DNA of 47,817 bases, filler included, from Stramenopiles sp. TOSAG23-2 (lineage: Eukaryota), in the NCBI GenBank assembly GCA_900128395.1. It is 2 parts of 2 records of this genome, joined end to end, with 100 filler letters (N's around TTAATTAATTAA, not from the genome) between each part and the next. Parts side by side here need not be neighbours in the genome. Positions count along the whole stretch, not along the records: positions 23,983 to 47,817 come from LT649479.1; 1 more part is not named here. One strand, written 5' to 3'. Each line of letters begins with the position of its first letter. Position 1 is the first letter of the stretch. This document shows, piece by piece, positions 43,517 to 47,817 of this stretch. Below the pieces are notes generated by a model that saw nothing but the letters and a program-made list of their open reading frames with translations, did no database searches and was not told the DNA's origin. A program made the position numbers and the translations under genes.

Positions 43517-46500
43517 TTATATACCTTGTAAAGTAAATTTTTGATTTTTGATTTCTACATCCGTAACACAACTCAAGAACTCAAGTTTTTCCTGGTTTTT
43601 CATATTATTATTTTCATCATCGACATTATTGTTTGTATTAGTCTCAAGATTTCCAAATTCATCAATCAAACCAAATTCTTCTTCCTCTTCCTCGTAGACT
43701 TCGTCCTCACCATGGTTATCTTCAAATATTTCAAAGTCATATTTTGGATCAGATAAATCTCGTGTTATTGGAGGTGCGACAGCAAACGTATTTTCATTAG
43801 TCGCAACTTCGCCTGGACCCAATCCAACAACATCCAATACATCAGTAACTGCATTATCGGAGCCTACACTTTCTTGTGTAATTTGTAGTGGACTTCTAGC
43901 ACGAGCTGTAACTCTTCTGACAGAAGGAATGTCAACACTTTGTTGTGCATTTTCGTTTTCTGCATTTTCATTGTCAAATTCGTCCTCTTCATCTTCCTCT
44001 TCTTCTACCACTTCAAGAGCTAGCTCTTCCAATACCATATCTTCGCTTTGTAATTGAGCTAATGTACGAGCTCGACGGCCGCGGCTGGATAATCCACGTG
44101 GTGGAGTTTCATTTTCTTGGTTTTCTCTATAAACTTCGACTTCAGTTTCATTTTGATGAACGATAGCAGAGGAATTTTCATCGTAAATTTGAAAAGCATT
44201 GCTATCGTTAACAACATTTTCAGGCTGTACTTGTTGTTCTTGTGCAGCAGATAAAAGATCGGAATTTTCATCGTAAATTTGAAAAGCATTGCTATCGTTA
44301 ACAACGTTTTCAGGTTGTACTTGTTGCTCTTGTGCAGCAGATAAAAGATCAACAGTAGCCATACTTGCATTTTTATTAGTATTAACATTATTCTCATCGT
44401 TTTGGTTCGTGTCTTCAAAAATGGAAAATTGGAATGCACCTTGTGCCGTTTCATTTTTATCGTCGGATGCGGCGTTTACATTTTCCTTCAATAATTGAGT
44501 TGTATCTTTCTCATTGTCATTGGTATTATTATTAGTTGTAGTAGTAGTATTAGTAGTATTATTATTATTATTGCTGTTGTTGTTTACTAATTCCCTTGTT
44601 TCATCTTGAAATATTTCAAAATTAAAAGTATCAGCAGTTTTATTATTTTTTTTTACTGGGGTATTTTCATCCAGCAATTGCTGAGTATTGTTATCGTCAG
44701 CATTATTATTATCAATATCTTCATCATTATCTTGGCGGTCGCTAAGATCAATGTATTCCTTCAGTACTCCTTGTGGGCTGCAAAATAAATCTCCAAGATC
44801 TTGCATTGCAGCTTTCATATTAAGTGTCATGTCATCTCTTGTCATAGTGCCTGGGGAATCATGTTCATCGCCAAACGTATCATCATCATCATCAGTTCCA
44901 TCAGCAGCAATTTTAAAATTATTATTGATCGTTTTTGTATCACTTAATAAACTTTTTCCTTCTATAAATCGTATAGAGGCCATTGCAGTTGAAGTTTCCA
45001 CCCGATTATTAATTGGGCTATTATCATTATCATCAAAAAGTCCCCCGACATCATCTAACGCTTCTTTCATATTAATGGTCATGTTATCATGATCATCTTC
45101 TTTGTTCGTGTCAAATGCGACGGAGTCATTTGTTTCACCGCCACCAGTGAAAAATAATCTGCGTGTAGCTGTTTTTGGAGATGGTTTTCTATTGACATTC
45201 TCACTTGGTTTTACCACAGATTGAAATATGGAATTATCATTTCTTGCATCATCAACTGAATCGTTAGCAAAACTATTAAAATTTAAAACTTTACGTGTGG
45301 TTGTATCTTTTTTCATGGAAGTATTTACTATAGATTTCTCGTCTGCTTTTTTGCCACCAGTAGAAAAAAATAATTGTTTAGTAGTAGTGCTAGTTTTTGT
45401 TGTTGAATTTTCATCAAACTTTAGTATTTTTCTAGCAGTTGATTTTTTTATTGCATGTTGTTGGTGTTGATAATTGTCTACAACATCAATTGTTTCCGCT
45501 TCCATTTTCTTCTCGCTTGACCAAATTCCACTAGAAACGTTGTTATTATTGTTGTTGTTGTTGTTGTTGTTTGATGCATTATCGCCATATAATTCTTGTA
45601 AATTTGGTGTAATTGTACAAAGTGTTGCGCGTCTTCCATTATTTCTCGTGCCAAGTGGTTTTCGTCTCATTTCTGTTACAATATCATCGGCACTAGTTTG
45701 TAGAGTAGCTAATGCTTTTTTACGTTCTTCTTTTGCTGCTGCTGCTGCTGCTGCTGCTTTCTCTTCAGCTTGCTGTTTACGAAGTAAATCTTTTTGTTTT
45801 TTCTTTGCCAACCACTTCATTCCACGCTGTTCCTCAAAACACATTTCATTAGTATTAATATCCTTTAACAATTTTTCATTAAATCCATACGTCACATTGC
45901 TATTGGAGGATTTTTTCCGGCGTAACTTGCTTTTTTTAAGTTTTCCCTTCTTCTCGCTTTTACTTTCCTTCTTATCTTTTTTTCTATTTTTGCTAGATTT
46001 TTTCGTACTTTTTTTCTTTACATTACCACTTTTCTTACTGTTAAATTTTTTCTCTGGCATTGGATCTGATACTAAACGTGTTTCAACATTTGGCATTTCC
46101 GCATTTACATTTCCTTCATAATTTTTGAAAGGATTTGCTTTTAAATCAAGCACTTCTTGCTCCTCTTTGCTACGTGTAGCAGATCCTTCAATACGCCGCC
46201 TTAATGATATTTTTTTAGCAGATGGTTGTACATTTTGATCATCAAAATTTTGATTTACCAACGGTTTTCCATCTTTATTTTCAACATCATTCATTTCATC
46301 AAACTCTTCATCAACACAAATTGCAAACGCATTTTGCTTTGCCGCTGGTATTCGTGGTGCATGATTTCTACTACCTCTACGTCTGGTAGATTCATCATAT
46401 AAACCACCTTCATTCCAAGCAGAAACTGTTTTCACATTTTCTTTTTTTCGCTGATCAACCGTTCCAAATTCATCCCAAGGAACAGATGCGCTTTCCTTTA

Positions 46501-47449
46501 ATAGATCATCCCCTCCATCAACCATGTTATTGTTACTATTGCTATTTATAGCATCTTCTGCCCTGAAACCTTCTTCAACAAAAATTTGAAAATTACCTAA
46601 TGTCGATACTTGAGAATTATCAGTAAATGCTTGTTGCTGATTATTATGATGTCCACCAAGGCCACCACCAGTTTTTGGCCCCGTTCTCCTTCCAGTATTT
46701 TCATCGATTTGACCACCCGTACCTTGCCTCCTACTACTTCCTGCAGAAGCTTGATTTAACATCGAAAACGCTTCACGGCCATCATTATTCCCATTCCTCT
46801 CTGTAACATCACGCCCCATGTCCTCATCAGCTTGTTTCAACCAATGCCTAGACATTCTACGTTTAAATTGGGTATGCCTAGTTTCCAACACATTTTCAGG
46901 CTTGGCACCAAGTGCCAGACCACGACAATATATTTTATCCGCCAATGGATAACGTTTCTTTTCCTCCTCAACTAATGCCCATGCGATGTAAAAGAAACTC
47001 CGTTCCTCTCCTATTTTATTTGCATACAAAAAGCGAAATACTTCGCTAGCATCATCAAGCTCATCTGCATATTTTAACCATACTGTTAAATATTTAATAT
47101 TATTTCTGTATTGTTCATTTTTAAAAAATGCTCTTGTACATCTTTCATATAAAGGCATAGCCACCGCTGAAGATGTTGGAAACTCTGTTTCTGCCCACTT
47201 AATATACTTTAACCAAGGTTTAATTGGATTATCACCTTCATATGCTACTATAGCATTTTCAAAAGCTTCCCGTTGCATATTTTGCTTTTCCTTCAATGCT
47301 GTAACATGGCTAGAATTTTCAGATAATGCATTTAACTTCTTTACATTACGTCCTTTTGCTCTAGGTTTGAAATTTTCCTTTGTTTTCTCCCAGCCAAATT
47401 CATCAACATCATTTTGATTCGTATTTGTTTCTGACACTATTGTCGCCAT
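43517..47449 (-). CDS. Spindle checkpoint MadBub family protein (BUB1/BubR1/Mad3-like) lacking the kinase domain
   Basis: WEKTKENFKP (KEN1), Mad3/Bub1 TPR domain, FQIFVE-KEN-FAICVD cassette, GLEBS-like EMCFEEQRG and two CD1-like motifs; no kinase motifs before the stop. Confidence 0.88.
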   Translation of the reverse strand: MATIVSETNTNQNDVDEFGWEKTKENFKPRAKGRNVKKLNALSENSSHVTALKEKQNMQREAFENAIVAYEGDNPIKPWLKYIKWAETEFPTSSAVAMPLYERCTRAFFKNEQYRNNIKYLTVWLKYADELDDASEVFRFLYANKIGEERSFFYIAWALVEEEKKRYPLADKIYCRGLALGAKPENVLETRHTQFKRRMSRHWLKQADEDMGRDVTERNGNNDGREAFSMLNQASAGSSRRQGTGGQIDENTGRRTGPKTGGGLGGHHNNQQQAFTDNSQVSTLGNFQIFVEEGFRAEDAINSNSNNNMVDGGDDLLKESASVPWDEFGTVDQRKKENVKTVSAWNEGGLYDESTRRRGSRNHAPRIPAAKQNAFAICVDEEFDEMNDVENKDGKPLVNQNFDDQNVQPSAKKISLRRRIEGSATRSKEEQEVLDLKANPFKNYEGNVNAEMPNVETRLVSDPMPEKKFNSKKSGNVKKKSTKKSSKNRKKDKKESKSEKKGKLKKSKLRRKKSSNSNVTYGFNEKLLKDINTNEMCFEEQRGMKWLAKKKQKDLLRKQQAEEKAAAAAAAAKEERKKALATLQTSADDIVTEMRRKPLGTRNNGRRATLCTITPNLQELYGDNASNNNNNNNNNNNVSSGIWSSEKKMEAETIDVVDNYQHQQHAIKKSTARKILKFDENSTTKTSTTTKQLFFSTGGKKADEKSIVNTSMKKDTTTRKVLNFNSFANDSVDDARNDNSIFQSVVKPSENVNRKPSPKTATRRLFFTGGGETNDSVAFDTNKEDDHDNMTINMKEALDDVGGLFDDNDNSPINNRVETSTAMASIRFIEGKSLLSDTKTINNNFKIAADGTDDDDDTFGDEHDSPGTMTRDDMTLNMKAAMQDLGDLFCSPQGVLKEYIDLSDRQDNDEDIDNNNADDNNTQQLLDENTPVKKNNKTADTFNFEIFQDETRELVNNNSNNNNNTTNTTTTTNNNTNDNEKDTTQLLKENVNAASDDKNETAQGAFQFSIFEDTNQNDENNVNTNKNASMATVDLLSAAQEQQVQPENVVNDSNAFQIYDENSDLLSAAQEQQVQPENVVNDSNAFQIYDENSSAIVHQNETEVEVYRENQENETPPRGLSSRGRRARTLAQLQSEDMVLEELALEVVEEEEDEEDEFDNENAENENAQQSVDIPSVRRVTARARSPLQITQESVGSDNAVTDVLDVVGLGPGEVATNENTFAVAPPITRDLSDPKYDFEIFEDNHGEDEVYEEEEEEFGLIDEFGNLETNTNNNVDDENNNMKNQEKLEFLSCVTDVEIKNQKFTLQGI
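44171..44350 (-). repeat. In-frame 90-bp tandem duplication of an ABBA-motif unit
   Basis: DLLSAAQEQQVQPENVVNDSNAFQIYDENS twice, with three synonymous differences. Confidence 0.92.
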
Positions 47450-47762
47450 GACTATTATTTATAATTTTATTTTATTTTTTTTGGTTGTAATGTGCGTATA
47501 TAATATATATATACATATATATGCTCCTACGTTTGTTTGTGTTCTATCCTTTAATCTTGATTTGGTTCTTGGAGATTTTAAATATACTTTTATATTTTAA
47601 AAAAAGATAAAGTAATAATAAATCTACAACGTTTTTTTTTGCTGTTGTTGTTTTTTCATATTCACATCAATGGTGATGCAATGCTATTAATAATGCTGGA
47701 CTGCCTTGCTGGCTTGCTGGGCTTGCCTGGAATTGCTGTTGTGTAGTGTTATATTTTTAAGC

Positions 47763-47817
47763 GGTGGTCAAATCGATGAAAATACTGGAAGGAGAACGGG
47801 GCCAAAAACTGGTGGTG
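47763..47817 (+). other. Inverted exact copy of 46663-46717 at the window end; probable amplification chimera
   Basis: 55/55 reverse-complement match to MadBub coding sequence about 1 kb away. Confidence 0.85.

Noticed and set aside
2475-46121. Numerous antisense and alternate-frame ORFs in the track (poly-Ser/Phe/Leu, TTG or GTG starts)
   Set aside because: They are shadows of low-complexity Lys/Glu/Asp/Asn coding on the opposite strand, or lie in AT-rich spacers.

Overview
AT-rich, gene-dense, almost intron-free eukaryotic DNA. It probably comes from a flagellated stramenopile-like protist (inference from the ribosomal proteins, an NPHP1-like gene and a DUF285 gene), possibly a single-cell amplified assembly. 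The window is two contigs joined by an artificial 100-nt spacer (N44-TTAATTAATTAA-N44, 23883-23982). Recognisable genes: PP2C phosphatase, RPL13 and RPS16 head-to-head, a spliced CX5R-phosphatase/zinc-knuckle repeat protein, CTR9 (3 exons), aminoacylase-1, a DUF285/Cys-rich/Dispatched-tail chimera, a giant EF-hand/NPHP1-like protein, a C2H2 zinc-finger protein, VWA8 and a kinase-less MadBub/Mad3. Most notable: (1) the three introns I can resolve (one in the phosphatase/zinc-knuckle gene, two in CTR9) share a ~75-86 nt sequence along their length, i.e. a candidate Introner family; (2) one of them carries a nested 145-nt insert flanked by GAGTAA repeats, whose ~50-nt core recurs antisense and in frame as a peptide repeat (GAxLASxxPxHKHGAG) in the phosphatase/zinc-knuckle gene; (3) two non-autonomous TIR elements, one of 174 bp with a 9-bp TSD and one of 920 bp with an ATAA TSD and three internal 21-bp palindromes. 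Several exact 94-134 bp tandem duplications and a terminal inversion are probably assembly or amplification artefacts.
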